Shown: positions 41,861 to 56,632, numbered from the stretch's first letter. The stretch is DNA of 64,000 bases from Chrysomallon squamiferum (GCA_012295275.1 CM022671.1:32116001-32180000), one strand, 5' to 3'. The notes: generated by a model from the sequence alone, not told the origin. Translations and numbers: made by a program.

Positions 41861-43030
41861 CAGCTTGGGAAAAGAAAACATCTTTTCGCATGTTCTCAAA
41901 ATTATATTCAGTCTTCATATGAACATCTGTCACAAGGCCAGTGCACAATTTCAATGCAGATTTATGGCAGAACAGTATTCATTTACTTGTAACAAATGAA
42001 ACTGACAGATCATTATATACTTCAGTGTATTTTATTTTCTTATGTATAATTCAGGTTAAGTTAGAATATAAATGCTATGCTTGATTACCACTTTGAGACT
42101 ATTGGTATATCAAGTGCCATGTTTAATGCTTTTTTTGTTTAAAGGAAAATGCATTTAAAAAAATCAGTGGAATATTATGATAATACCCAGCTTTATATTA
42201 TTGTTAAATAATTGAGAATAAAAAAAAAACAAAAAAAAAAAAAAAAAAAAAGATTACCAAAAATAAATCCCCAAAAAATAAAAACAAAAATAACAGAGAT
42301 AGTAAAATAAAATAAATAACATTTTAAAATAAATTGTAAATAAATAGTTAAAAAAAAGAAAGACAAAATAAAACAAGATGTGCTAAATGGAAACAATATA
42401 TGACACAAAAACATTTCAGTATATGCTGTTTATTTAGCCATGTCTTTTGTTAAAGTTCACAACTCAACACCAGCCAGATAGCTACAAACTTGTAAATAAT
42501 AAATCACCTACCACTGGATTAAGGTCTTTAAGTATGGCTTACCTTTCCAGTGTTAACAGCTGCAGATACATCATACATTATTTATTCACTCTCTCACTCA
42601 TTGTGAGTTACTGTCTTAGGTCTTCATTCAGCATGTAATGACATCAGTGTCTATTATCAAATGTTTTGTATAGCAGCAGAACTGTAAATGATATTTATTT
42701 CTGTTAAATTTAAAAAATAAAACACAAAATAAAATACTGTGCCACATAATTCAGTTATTGAAATGTAATGGGTTTTAGTTATTTATTGCATGTTTTATTC
42801 TGTAAGTTTGCTGCTTATACATGGCCATAATTCACAGCAAATGTTTTATTTTATTTGTTTGAAAATCATTGTCATTACTTCTTTTTTTTTTCCTTTTCTA
42901 TTTTTAAATAATCAGATTATCCACCCTTTAAAAGTAACATATTGATTTTAGCTATTCAGTTGTTTAAAAAAAAAAAAAAATTGTTTGCATTTTTTAACAA
43001 TTATAAAAAATATATATTATATATTTTTAA

Positions 43031-43063
<33 letters not shown>

Positions 43064-44299
43064 TTTTTTTTTTTTGAATATATTTTGTAAAATACCAAGA
43101 TCAATCAATTTATATTACGTAAATAAGGAGGAATATTTTAAATATTTTTTGTAGGGTTTTGAAAGAAAGATAAAAAAAAGAATTAAAAAGTTATAAAATT
43201 GATTTATTGCTACAATACTGCTTTGATAATTTATAACACTGACAGAGAATTCTTGAAAAAAAAAAAACTTTATTAAATATATAGTTGAATTTCATTAAAG
43301 TGAACATAATTTGAGCCTAACTGCATTTTTATATACTTATAAATGATTGTTATTATTTTATTTTCATTGCTTTTTTATAATTATTTAATCAAACTTAAAT
43401 CTACTTTTATTATTAATAGTATATCATACATATACTGTGGAGGTAACTAAAATAATTTGGTTACTTGTTTGTTACTAGATAAATAAATAATGATAATAAA
43501 TAAATAAATAAATAAAAAATAATAATTATTATTATTTTAAATTAAATTTAAATTAAAAAAAAAATTAATTAAAATTTAAATAAATAATAATAATAAAATA
43601 AAAATAAAATGTAAAACAAATGCAAATAAAATGAAAAATAAAAGTGAAGGGGGGAAAAAAATTCACAGACAGAGATATTTGAAACTGAATTTAATTATCA
43701 AGCAAATCAGATGATCATAGATGTTTGGATTGGGGAATTGAGATTAGACGAGAACTTGAAGGGCTCACTTAACAGCTAGCTCTGATTAGAATTTTAAGTA
43801 AATGACTTTGATCTAGAGACAGATTTTCAGATAACACTGGAAGCCTGCTTTATCAGTGTGTTGAGATTATAAGTTACATTTGTGTCCATGAAACAGTAAT
43901 AACCAATTACATTTTATCACATGACATAGGCAGCTCCAGCTAACATATGATCTTGCTCAGGATTTCAAAGCTTGGCTGCCGTTCCCTCCGAGTTAATTTA
44001 GTGTTGAAAAGAACATGTGTAAAGAGTAGAAGGTATGGATTGAATTATTTCAGAAATGAATATTTGTAATGAGGCTGGCTTAAATTTCTTGTTAAAGGGA
44101 TAATTTGTACAAACAAAAAATGTCAGGTTTTGAATCTTTTTTTTTTTTCTTTCTTTCTTTTTTCTTCTTAAAAAAAAAAAAAAAAAGTTTATTATGTTAT
44201 AAATGCCTGATACTGTTGTGACAATAAACGAGAATTATACATTAGAAATGTGTTGTATTTGTTATGTTGTGTTAGTAATCTAATGAAAATAATACTGTT

Positions 44300-44470
44300 G
44301 TTAATTTCTTGTTGACTAACTAAACATTAAGCAGTATATCTTAAGGAAATTCATTGAGGCAGAAGAGAAAAGCTGCTAAATCTATAGCTGCAAGAAAATT
44401 GCCCAAATAAACTGTGAAATGCATCATTCTCTATTGCCTATTGTACTGATGAAAACAGCCAATTTAGATT
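44300..44470. repeat. Copy 1 of a diverged local duplication (partner 44875-45075)
   Basis: aggaaattcattgaggcagaagagaaaagctgctaaatct...gcaagaaaattgcccaaataaactgtgaaatgcatcattctct...ctgatgaaaacagc. Confidence 0.85.
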
Positions 44471-44874
44471 AAGCAGTAACTTGATAGGAGCACTAACAAA
44501 TAGTAGTTTATGATCTACAGTCCTTGTCAGTGTTAAGCTTTTTATTTCATACTAGCACAACTTTGATTCATCTGTGATTTGAACTTATATAATAGAATAA
44601 TTTTTATGATATTTACATAGTGTTTACAGTCCTTTTAAAAAATAACAATACTTAAGAAGGGAGGGGTGTATGAATAGAATTATTTCTGAAGGAATATTCA
44701 TTTATTATATACTGGCTTTCATATAAGTATCTTGACAATTAACATCGTTAAAAAAATTACTAATAAAAATGAGTATGACAACATTTATAAAGATGAATAT
44801 AGTTTGATTTGAAAACTGTATTACAAATACTTTTTTTTTTTTATTCTATGTACCTTGAAATTCTTGTTCTTGTA

Positions 44875-45075
44875 AATTTTCTTGTTAACTAAACTAACAC
44901 TAAAAACTGTTATCTCTCTAGTATGTTTTGTTGTGAAAAAGGAAATTCACTGAAGCAGACGAGAAAAGCTCCTAAATCTGTCAGCAAACATTTCTACCGC
45001 TACAAGAAGATTGCCCAAGTAGACTGAGAAGTACATCATTCTCTGTTTCTGATCCTGCTGATGAAAATAGCTGGC
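44875..45075. repeat. Copy 2 of a diverged local duplication (partner 44300-44470)
   Basis: aggaaattcactgaagcagacgagaaaagctcctaaatct...acaagaagattgcccaagtagactgagaagtacatcattctct...ctgatgaaaatagc. Confidence 0.85.
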
Positions 45076-47771
45076 TATAGTGCTGACAGTTTCGGTTTAT
45101 GCTTGTACTTTGTGAAAGATAGAGATACGAGGGGAAAAAAGCCGTAATGTTAACTTTATGTCATTAGCAAGTCATTTTGTGTATCTTTCCTATGTCAGAC
45201 AAAGATTTATATTGGTTGTGTGGTAGTGTGTGGGTTATATGCACTGGTTTTTAAAAGTATAATTGTAAATTAAGCAAATACGTAACTAAAAAGAACACCA
45301 TAATGATAAGCAAATAGGTAATAATAATTAATATTTAATAATAATAATAGTAGTAGTGCGAAGTATTTTTATTATAAAATGAATATAAAAATCTGATTAC
45401 TGACTTAAGAAATCAATTTCCCCAAAGATACAGATAAAATAACGATAATTAATCATGAGATTATTTCCCATTTCGACAAAGGCCTCAGAAAAAAAAGGCG
45501 ATATAAAATTCATGATGTAATAAATAAATTGTATGAGCCATTCAGCTTGTCTAATACTTTTCACATTGAATTAGGTTTTAAATAAAGTATTTTTATTTCC
45601 TCCCTTTCACATTATATGTAGAATTTTAATAACCTAAAGCATGAATCAGTTTAACTGGCTGCTGTAGATTATTTCTACAGTGTGTTGGTATAGAGCTGTG
45701 TTACATTGTCAGGCCTGGGGCAAATGAGAATGGCTATATCTAAATGATTAATAGGGTCACCTGAGTTAGGATGGGTCACAGTATTAATCCTCTTTAGAAC
45801 CATACTTTCGGATTTTCTCCATTTCTCCAAGCTCCATAGCTGGTATATTAAGTGCCTTAGTTCATGCTTCACTGTTTTCATGAAGGTACATGTAAAAGAT
45901 GCTTTGATGCTAATTGCTATGTATAGTCTGTAGCAGCAAGTTTCTTTTATATTTATAATAAAATACAGCCAGATTGATACAAAATAACTGTTAATATTTA
46001 AATTTGTTGAGCAATTGTTAAACAGTCTTTTATATTCATTGATTTGTTGCAGCATTTAAATATGGTTGCCATTGTTAAGAATATAATGAATGTAGGAGTT
46101 GAGCTTTTGAATTTGTTTATGAATACTTGACATTTACATGACTGTGAATAGTATTACAAATTCTGAAACTCACAAAATGCACAGATATACATAAAATGCA
46201 GCTTAGAGATGCATAAAAGCAAGTGTTCATGTTACTCAGTTTTTAAAAATCACTCTTCCAGTTAGTAAATTGTTTAAAGAAAATCTTTTGTAATTTTCAG
46301 TAAAAATGCTCTTATAAAATTTATTGTCAAATGCATTTGAATATAAATACTTAACATGGAAATATTATGCATGTTTTAAGAAAGAGATCTTCCACAGAAA
46401 AGCATATAGATTTTTTTTATTCAGATTTGAATAGAAAAGCTTCCAAGCAGCCTATTACTTTAATTACATTTTTGTATATTTTAGAAAGAGCAGTTTATGT
46501 CTGTGAATTTGAATTTATATTTGTTAATTACATAATAATGACATTATTAATTTTTCTATATAAATAAATGCCAGTATTTATTTAGTTATTTATTTGTAAG
46601 TAAAAAAAGAACAAAAAATAAATATAAATTCAGTTACTGCTTCTGAACTTGATAATTGCTGCCATTGTGTACAATCCATAGTCTCGATATATATTGATTC
46701 TCTTACAAAAAGAACCTTGAAATCTTATACATATGTTATGTAATTTACTTCATTACATGAACAAGTGTGTAATATTAATATCATCCCTACATATTTCTGT
46801 TGTCTCATCCATCATGATTAATCAAGGTAAAAATAACTAATGTCGTTCTAAAATTCTTATCAATGGATTTGTTATACAAACAGTGAGATAGCAAGACAAG
46901 ACAGCATTACCACTGTCAAAAAATAACATATAATAATAAAATAAAAAAAAATATTTTTTTTCCTTCAAATTGATAGTAACGATCACTCTTATACCTCTGG
47001 TGCCCCTTTAAGGCAACCTAAGTCGGTTCAGATCATTGTGTGTATGCGGATTGTGTGTCAGGGCAGCAGACACAACAAGCTAAGCCCATTACAAGTGGAA
47101 GCAGTGTTTTACAAAGGTCACTCTTGACAATAGAGGTATTCCACAAATCATTCTCTTCACTGTAATAATAAGTCAGCCTATAGCTGCTGGCAGCCCACTG
47201 AGCCCCAGAGCTTTCTTTATTACTGTCATTTTAGCCAGCTATTTGATTAATACATGATAATGTAGCGTTAAAAGCAGAGGGGGGAAATGATAAACAAATA
47301 CAATTATATGTACCTAGCACTACAGATAGACAAATTAATAACCAGATGTTGTCCATCAAGCAGATAAATGGATTATGAAAGTTGTATAAATTTATTATAT
47401 ATACAGGTAAGTTCACTTAAAAACACACAAGCGTGCGTGCAGACACTTGCATTTGTTACAAACATCTTCATACATAAACACACTTAAAACAAATAGTTAT
47501 TAATGATTATATGATTAAATCAGTAAAGGAGCTAATAACAAAACAAAAAAATAAAATAAAAAATAAATAAAAAATAAATTTGGTAATTATACTTAATTAA
47601 TTCTCCTTTATTTTTTTTTTTTTTTTTTTTTTTCTATAATTATATACCTTGATGTACTTTAATTAAAAACACACACACAAAAACAACAAACAAATTAAAA
47701 TAAATGAATAAATAGAGTCAGACTGACAGATACATATCATAGTGAGGGATCAATGTTGAAAAATGTCAGTA

Positions 47772-47820
<49 letters not shown>

Positions 47821-48677
47821 ATGCCTCTGACTATAAATTTCTTCTGGAGTTCACTTTATGATGTTGTAGACATAATGGGCTTTGACAGTTACAGGTAGGA
47901 GAGCTGTAGAGAGGGGCAAAAGGAACTGGTTACAAGGTCAGTCCCTCAAGATTGCCCCTTAAGGATTTTTCTCCCACTAGCCAGAACTATGTAGAAGTGT
48001 TTTAGTAACTATTGTATTTGTTATTAGGATAAAACAGTCTTGCTGCTACTTACCCAGTATATTGACAGCTGTGGGTATTTTTCTCCTTTTTGAATTTACA
48101 TTTTTTTTCTTTGTGTGTGTGTATGTGTGGTGTTCATTTTTTTTTTTTTCATTTATTCATCTATTCTTTCTTTCTTTCTTTTATGTTTTTCATCTTTTAT
48201 TTGTTCAGCTATATTATTAACATTGCTTCATATAATAAATACATTCTGAATCTGTTACATTTTTTCGTGTTACTGAAAATTCAGAAATATGTGATAACAT
48301 CTGGCAATTTGTACTCTTTGTATTACTTGTGTATGTATATGCAACACTTTTGTATTAGTTCTCACATATACCAGAGAGGTGTTACATTTCTACATAAATA
48401 ATTTATATGTTTGCAGCAGAAGAGAGCATAATAAATGAAGCTGGAAATGATTATATTTAAAAGAGAATCACTAAAAATTGAAGGTGATCTGTAAATTATT
48501 TTTTTGCAGGTCATTTGTTGAATTTCCTTTGTTGTTGTTTTTTGTTGTCGTCATAATCATAACTAATATTTATTAAATGACGAATTGTATTTAAAAATAT
48601 TTTTTATTTAAATAATACATCAATTCTATTTTATTTTATTCTGTTTCAATCTCTTCTATTTAATTTAATTTATTTTA

Positions 48678-48679
48678 TT

Positions 48680-48746
<67 letters not shown>

Positions 48747-48748
48747 TT
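48678..48748. repeat. (TTTA)n microsatellite
   Basis: Direct reading. Confidence 0.95.
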
Positions 48749-51624
48749 AAAACTTACTTTTTCCCTTTATACTATTACTTCATTGCATGATCTGTTGCCG
48801 TTTGTACAAGCAGAATGACTTTGTGTTATTGAATTCTAAATGGATTCGTTTCACCAAGGCCCGCATTTAGTTTCTCTTCATACTTCTGCAGATATTGGAC
48901 TCTATTACTGCCTGCACTGAGCATGCTAACTGCACATAAATCAGATACACAAGATATCTTTTTACTCATTTCTTTGGGTCATTTGAAACTTATGTGCCTG
49001 GTCCCATGTCATAGAGGCAGACCCAGTATTTTCATAAAGGGGGGGGGTTGGTTATGTTTGATCATGCAGCCTTTGGCAAGTATTTATTCATTTTTGTCAC
49101 AGATTATTACTAATCAGAGCTTGTATGAGATCAAGTGGATTTTTTATTTTTTAATTTAAAAAAAAAAAAAAAAAAATTTGTGACAAATTAACTCAGATAA
49201 AAAAAAAAAAATTAAAATTCGAACTTTTTCTGATTTTGATGACAAATTTTGAGATTAGATGATTTATGGTGATTTAAACATAAGAACAAAATATTTACAC
49301 CAAAAGTGTTTAATCTTGTTTGCAAACAAAAGTTTGATGGTGTAAATGAGGTGTAAACATCATTGTGTACTGAAAACTGAAAAAAAAAAATGTCTGTGAC
49401 AGAGAGCTTGAGTTTCCATTAGCAGCTGATTGCTCTTTTAATTTCACAAATATTAGTTCATTATAATTTGATGGGAAGTTAATATTCTGTTAACATGTCA
49501 TATGATCTCTTCATTTAAATGTCATATTTAATCACTAGAAGCCAAATTTGTCAAAAACAAATTAAAAATTAGCCTAACTGTTTCAATATGAGTTGTAATT
49601 ATTATTATTAATTTTTTTTCTAATTTTTTATTTGATTTTATATTAATGCTTTTTTTTTTTTTTGTCTGTTTGTTATTATTATTAATTTTTTTTATTTCAA
49701 GTTATCGAAAATAAATAGAAAATATGACAACAATATTATTTATATAATAATAAAAAAATAAACAAATATAAATAATAAAATAAATAATAATAAAAACAGA
49801 AAAAAAAAACACAAAATAATAAAAAATTTTTGTTATCAGTGTTTACATTTTTATTCATTTAATTTTATTAATACCATTTTTAGAATTTATTTTACAATAT
49901 ATTTTAAGTTCAGTTCTTTAATTTTTCTTTTTCTCTCTCTCCAGAAATTCTTAAATAAACCTTGTTTATAATAATCAAACATGTCATAAATTCACCTCTC
50001 ATGAAAAAAACAGTTACAAGTCTTTTTCCTTTCAATGACTGCTTTTCCAGCACTGTGCTTAATCATATTTAAGAGTTTATAAGTGCCATAGATAATTCCA
50101 CACAATATGGCTTTTCTTGTAAACTACTCTAGATGATTTTTTGTTGGTGAAAGAAAGCCAAGTGTAGATCACCATCAGAAGAAAGTTATTACAAATGGTT
50201 TAACCTCTGACATGAAGCAGCTGGCGTTGTTGTGAAAATGTGGATTGTGTTGCACAAATGTTGGCTAATAATCGCTTTTAAGAGGCAAAACTTGCCAACA
50301 GGAATGCAAAACTTGAGAAGTTGAGTTTTGTTTGTGTGTTTGAAATATTTTTTGTTAAAATTTATTTGGTTAAATAATTTTAAAAAATTTGTTCTTGTAA
50401 AATGGCTTAACATATGCTGGTTATTAAATGATACAGGAGTATTTTTTATGATGGAATGCACAATCTTTTTTTTTTTTTTTTTTTTTTATTTTTTTTATAA
50501 TTTTTTTAAATATTGTGTGAATCAAAAAAAATCAATAATTGCTATAAAATTTAATTTAAGGTGATGTTTGAAAGAGTGAATTTGTAATTCATTCTAATTA
50601 TTTATAGTTGTATTTATTATATATTTTTTTTTTTTTTTAATTAGTTTTTATTTTTATTTATTTATGATGGTTTTTTTTGTTTTGGTTTTTAAATTTATAA
50701 ATTTGTACTTTTCTCTTAGGTTGCTATTTAGCTGGACTGAAAGGATAATTTTTTTTTCCCTGCTTTTTTCTGTCCTCTTTATATTCATCATTTTGTTGAT
50801 GCCTGGAAGCCAATATTTTTTTATTTTTTTTTATTTTATTATTGTTATTATTTTTTATGTCTGTGCTGGTATCATTAACTATGTTTTCATTCTCTTTCTC
50901 TCTCAATCATTTATTATTTTTTTATTTGTGACATCCAGAAGAATGTTTTTTTTTTTTTAATTCCCTCTTTGTATATCTGTCTTTGGTGATTATTTATAAT
51001 TATTTTATTGCCTCCAGACAAATGTAAAAAAAAAGATAAAATGACAGGAAAAAAAGAAGAAAAAATAGTAATAATAAAAAAAAAAACAAGGAAAAGATTA
51101 AAATAAATCATATGTGTCTCATTTCTTTGATCAAGAATCCTTCCCCCCCACTTGTTTTATTTTTGCATTAAAAGAAGTAAAAAAAAAAACCAGTTTAATA
51201 CTACATTCTTATTCTTCAGTTTCTTTTTTTGAAAATAAGCAACAATTTATATTTAACAACTCAACTTGAATAATCACATAAGTATTGCAGAGATAAATGT
51301 ATTACCATCCTTGATGTCTTTGAACTGGACATACCAGTAGTTACTGTAATCATCAGCATTCAATCAGCTGGTGTCTTTCCATTAGTCTTGGTGCTGTAGA
51401 CTATATTGATATTTGGGAAATGTGAGGAAATGGATGGCAATTGAATAGCCTGTTTGCTCAATTGGATTTCCTTAGCATGAGGTTTTCATGTGAATGGTTG
51501 TGAGGTTTTGTCATTCTGAATAAGTCATCACTGCAGCTGCAGGATGCTCTCTTCTTGACCTTTTCAGAATAGAATCAAAATAGTTTTTGTTAATCGTAAT
51601 AGAAAGTTAGCGATGGGGGAAAAA

Positions 51625-51755
51625 ACAGAAAAGAGGTGTTAATAAATTTATTAATTAATAAATTAGTAATTTATTAATGTTAGTATTTTATTACAGAAAA
51701 GAGGTATTAATTAATTGATTAATTAACAAATTAGTAATTTATTATTGTTAGTATT
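51625..51755. repeat. Two-copy 68-bp tandem duplication
   Basis: acagaaaagaggt...aattagtaatttatta.tgttagtatt at 51625 and 51693. Confidence 0.85.
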
Positions 51756-54700
51756 ATCATCATTACTACTGTTACTATTATTTTTATTTTTATATATTTA
51801 TTACATTTTTTCTTTTAACATGCTCTAATAATCCATTAATTTGCTATCAGTTAGCAAGCAGTTCATACAGGAACAGAAAAAATAAAATAATTATCATGGT
51901 TGTAATTGTTATCTGATTATTACGCTAATGGACATTATCAGTATTAATCTGAAAAAATTTCTCAATTAATAATATTATTCAATGAGAATCTTCATGTTTT
52001 ATTAATTGTAAATTAATAATAACACAAGCAACAACAACAACAACAACAATAATAATAATAAAAGTAATAATAGGTCAACATCCTTTTGAACTTTTATAAC
52101 AGGTTCTGACTGTAAAAACCTGCTGCTCCAGTAATGATCATTACTTTCTTTCTTTTCTGTTTAAAAAAAAAAAATTACACTGTAAATGTGTTACTTGATC
52201 TCAGAGAATCTATGTAATAATATCTCGCAATGTTTGTTTAATTAGGTTCACTGACATGCTGTAAGTTGCTCATTGGAAAAGAAACCAGCTGTGCATTTAT
52301 TGATTGACAGCATGTTGTCTGTTGAAATGAATGTTCACATAAACATGACGTTTTGTAATCGTTATATTTACAAATTGTTCAAATCAGGTGTATTGTAGTG
52401 TATTATTGTTTGGTGTTTAAACAAGTACTTAGTAGTAGAAGAGAACTGTATGTCATCAGTTACAGGAATACATGGGTAAGGTGTCCAAGATTTATGTACT
52501 TGAACTTTCAGTGATATAAAAATGCTAAATAGATATTGATTATTTTTCTCTTTCATTTTTATTTTTGTATTACAAAAATGTGATCCTAAAATAAAATTAT
52601 TAAATGAATGTTTAACCACACCTGTATGATAAAAGAATACAGTGATTTGAAATATAATAATTTAGAAAAAAAAAAATATTGAAAAATGTCAATAGTATGT
52701 AAAAAAGTTTTTTTTAAAATTTTTATAAATGCACAATAAATAATAATAATTAAAAAATAATTTTAATTTTTTTTTTTTAAAACCCAGCACCTGTAAAGAA
52801 CAGCTAAAAATCAAGCTGAGGTACAAAATGAAAAATGAAATATTTAATATTTAAAAAAGCAAGCAATGACTGTTTATTCTATTAATATTATTTGCGAGTT
52901 TTTTTTTTTTTTAGCAGCTTTTTAAAAAAATGTTTTGATTTGTATACTTTGCCTCAGGGACAGTTTATAGAAGTGCAGGTTGAAAGTTTTATTTTCTACA
53001 AAGGAATCCTCAAGCCCTCTTAACATCCTTTTATGCACTTGATCATGTTCCCACCCTTTGCATTCCATCAACATTTGATTTCAGACTTCGTTGCTAATAG
53101 CTCGACTTGAATGTGGAAAGTACACTTAATAACAGCAAGAAGTAGCTGACCTTGGCAGTAATAAAAAATCAATAATAGAACAGTTTATGTCTGTAACTTA
53201 AAAGATCAACAAGTACAGGTAAATCTTATCACACATCTGGCAGTTTAAAAGACTGATAATGCAAGGCACTTGTCATATACACATTTATTATGCTTAAATA
53301 GGTATTAATTTCTTATTGCTTGCTTGCTATATTGTACAGACACATTAGGTGCTCTTTGTGTGTGTATGTGTGTTGAATAACCACTGTAAAAAGCTGTCAT
53401 TCTGCAGTGCTTTGTCATTCTCTCGGCATGTCATATGGGACTGTGGGAGATGTCACAAGGTATGAAGCAGTCTTAATCGATTCCGTGGCTTCGAGCCCAC
53501 CAAGACCACCTACCAAGATTCGAGGGGAACTTTAATGACTTAGTTTGACTGTGAAGAGCTTTAAAAGTCACTCTGGGCTCGGCTGCAGTACAGAGGAAAA
53601 GATGAATATTTTATAGCATTGTTCACACTGGAGTTGGCAGTGCTCGCTCAGACGGATAAAAGTTTTATGGCCAATGTTTACAGTTGAGGAGAGATTTGAA
53701 AATTGTTTTCCGATTGTCATGATAGATAGGTGTTTGTAAATGCAGCAGGATGCCAGTGTTAAATGAGCAGTCCTGTTACTGCAGGTTCTTACAATGAAAA
53801 CATGATGCAGTTATCTGATGATAGTTCATGCTGTGATGGTGTATTGCTATTATTTAGTGACATTGTACTGTTATGCTATGAGGGTATGTATCTCATACAG
53901 ACTTTTTTTTTTTTTTTTTTTTTTAATTTTCAAACTGATAATATTCTAAATATATTGCAGTTTAATTACTGATAATGTGCAAGATATTATCCAGTGGTGA
54001 TAATGTGACATTAAATTGTTATATGCTATTATTTATTGATAAGATGAAATAAATCTTCAAACTATGTTCTACGATGTCATTATGGTATGTATATCATGTA
54101 CATTGTAAAAGTTAGGAAGGAATGTTTAATGTTTAACTGGATTTTAATATTAATTTTTGTCATGTAAAATAGATAGTTTACTTTTAGGATAGGTTAAATT
54201 AATTTTAATATTTTTATTATTATTATTATTATTGTTTTTTTAAGGATTTAATTTAATAGTTACACATTTAAATTTAATTTTTAAATTCAATTTATTTATT
54301 TATTTATTTATTTTTATTATATTTTCATTGTCATGCTTGATTTTATTATTTAAAGTTAATTTTGGCTTTTTATTATTATTATTTTTCTTTTTCAATTTTG
54401 TTTTATTACTTACTTTGATGGCTTATTTTATTTGCTTGTTTTATTATTATGACTTTCTTTAAAAATATAACCTTTAAAAAAAATAAAAATAAAATAAAAT
54501 CCCTACAGTATTATTAATTTTTAAAGGATTTAAAAAAAAAAAAAAAACTTCTATTTAGATGGCCTTGATATAAACTGTAAAATATCTTCAGAATGATACT
54601 TCATGCATACAGTGGCAACATAAACATGTCAAACATGCCATATATCAAGTGTTAAATTTTGGCAATAAGGGTCTGTCAAGGGGTCTGCATGAGCATCCAA

Positions 54701-55734
54701 GGTCTGCATCATGACACTTTTTCTCAGGTGGCCCATTATCCTTGATACTTTGTCATAAAACTCTGAATCAATTGCAGGCTTATTTTCATAGTGCCGAGAT
54801 AAATACACGTGTGCAGTGATATTGATTGGATTGGGATATAATGGGAGTTGTAAAAAAAAAAAAAATAATAATAAAAATGGGAGGTGAATTAATAGTGTTT
54901 ATGGTTTTAATGACCATACTAATACATTGGTTTCTTGCTAGCAACAATACATCTAAGTATCTGGTTGCTTATTGATTGTGTTATTGATGTTCTTAACACA
55001 AGGAGTTTCATGGTCACAAGAAATGGTTAATACGTGTTCACATTCATTAAATTTGTCAAAGCTTTTTCCAAATTGTTTTTATATAAATACTGATTTAGTT
55101 ACTTTGCTGCTAATGTTGTTTTTATTTTTCCACTGTCATCTAACTTAAAATGTATTTTCTTCCTTCTTTTTCAATTATATTTCTTTTCTGTCCTCAGCTC
55201 GTTTTCACTACTCATTTTATTTTGCTTTCTTTCCTGTGTTCTTGTTTTTCTTTCTGTGATTGAAAATAATCTTCATGCTGTTGTGTGCTTTGGTTTTCAT
55301 GGCTCTGCTGCTAGTCCTGTGATCTCCAGCTGGGATGGCAATAACCACTTTCAAGAAAGATTCAGATCATAATCAGAAATCCAAAAATCCCTGAAGATGA
55401 ACAGAAAAAAACTGAGAAAAAAACCAACAAATTTTCAGCATTCAGAATAATGACATTTGGGATTTTGCATGTACAGCTACAAGAAACAATAATTGTCAAT
55501 ATATTTATCTGTTTACATTGATTAACTGTTCTTTGGTACATGACAGGATTGCTTTAGAGATTGTGCAGAATAGTGAAAAAAATTCTAGTAACTGAATTTG
55601 CAAGATAAAAAGGCTATGCAGTAGAATGCTTTGATCACAATATTAAAACATTGCATTTAAAAAAAAAACCAAAACACATATACCAAGAATAAAACAAAAA
55701 TAAATATTTCCCAGTTATTTTAAAAGTCCAGTAA

Positions 55735-56632
55735 CTATGTTCTAAGACAGACAAATTTCACAACAGTTTATGTTGACTACCACATTAAACTGCTCAAGCC
55801 AAATCAACCAAGCTTTTTGGTTCATAACATAATGCAGATATGTATTCCAAACAGTTTTTTAAAATCATGATATTACAATTATCCTATAAACAAAACATAA
55901 TACAAATATATATTTATAAGTTAACTCAAACCATCACATTAAACCACCCTTGCCAGAAACAACCAATGTACCAGATAATGCAAATATATATTCACAACAT
56001 TTTGTTCAGATCACTGTATTAAAACTGTCACATTTCTATACAACCTATTTTCCCCATAAACAAAGCATAATACAAATCTGCATCAATTTGTTTTGATCAT
56101 CACAGCAGACCATCCACCAACTTCCCCATAAATGAAATGGCATAGATGTATATACACAGCAGTTTGCCTTGACTGCTGTGTTAAAACCATCTCATTCTAA
56201 TACAGTATTTCCCCAGACAGAAATTATAAGACTAATGTGTATTTGCAACATTTTGTTTTGACCACTACATTAAACCACCTGTCAATACACACATTTCATA
56301 GCTACAGTTTATATTTACACAACATTTAGCTTAAATTACTAAACTCTTCTAATTTGATACAGCCAATTTCCTGTGAACAAAACTTAATACATATATGTGT
56401 TCACAGCAGGTTTCTTTCAAACTACATCGAAGCATCTTCCAATACAACCAGGTACAGATACATTAATAGCAAATCACATTCATAACAGTTTGCTTACATC
56501 AGCATATTAAATATTCTATTCCAATGCAGCCCATTTACCATGTGTAAAACATAATAACAAATGTATATTCATAACATTTAGATTAGATCAACATCTTAAA
56601 ACTATCCATTCCTGTACAATACAATTTCCTAT
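55735..56632. repeat. Eroded tandem array, ~10-11 units of ~70-90 bp
   Basis: Recurrent order CATAATACAAATATATATTCACAACA(G/T)TTTG...GACCACYACATTAAACCA...ATACAACCAATTTCCCCATAAACAAAA; anchors near 55828, 55896, 55974, 56066, 56226, 56384, 56462 and 56550. Confidence 0.75.
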
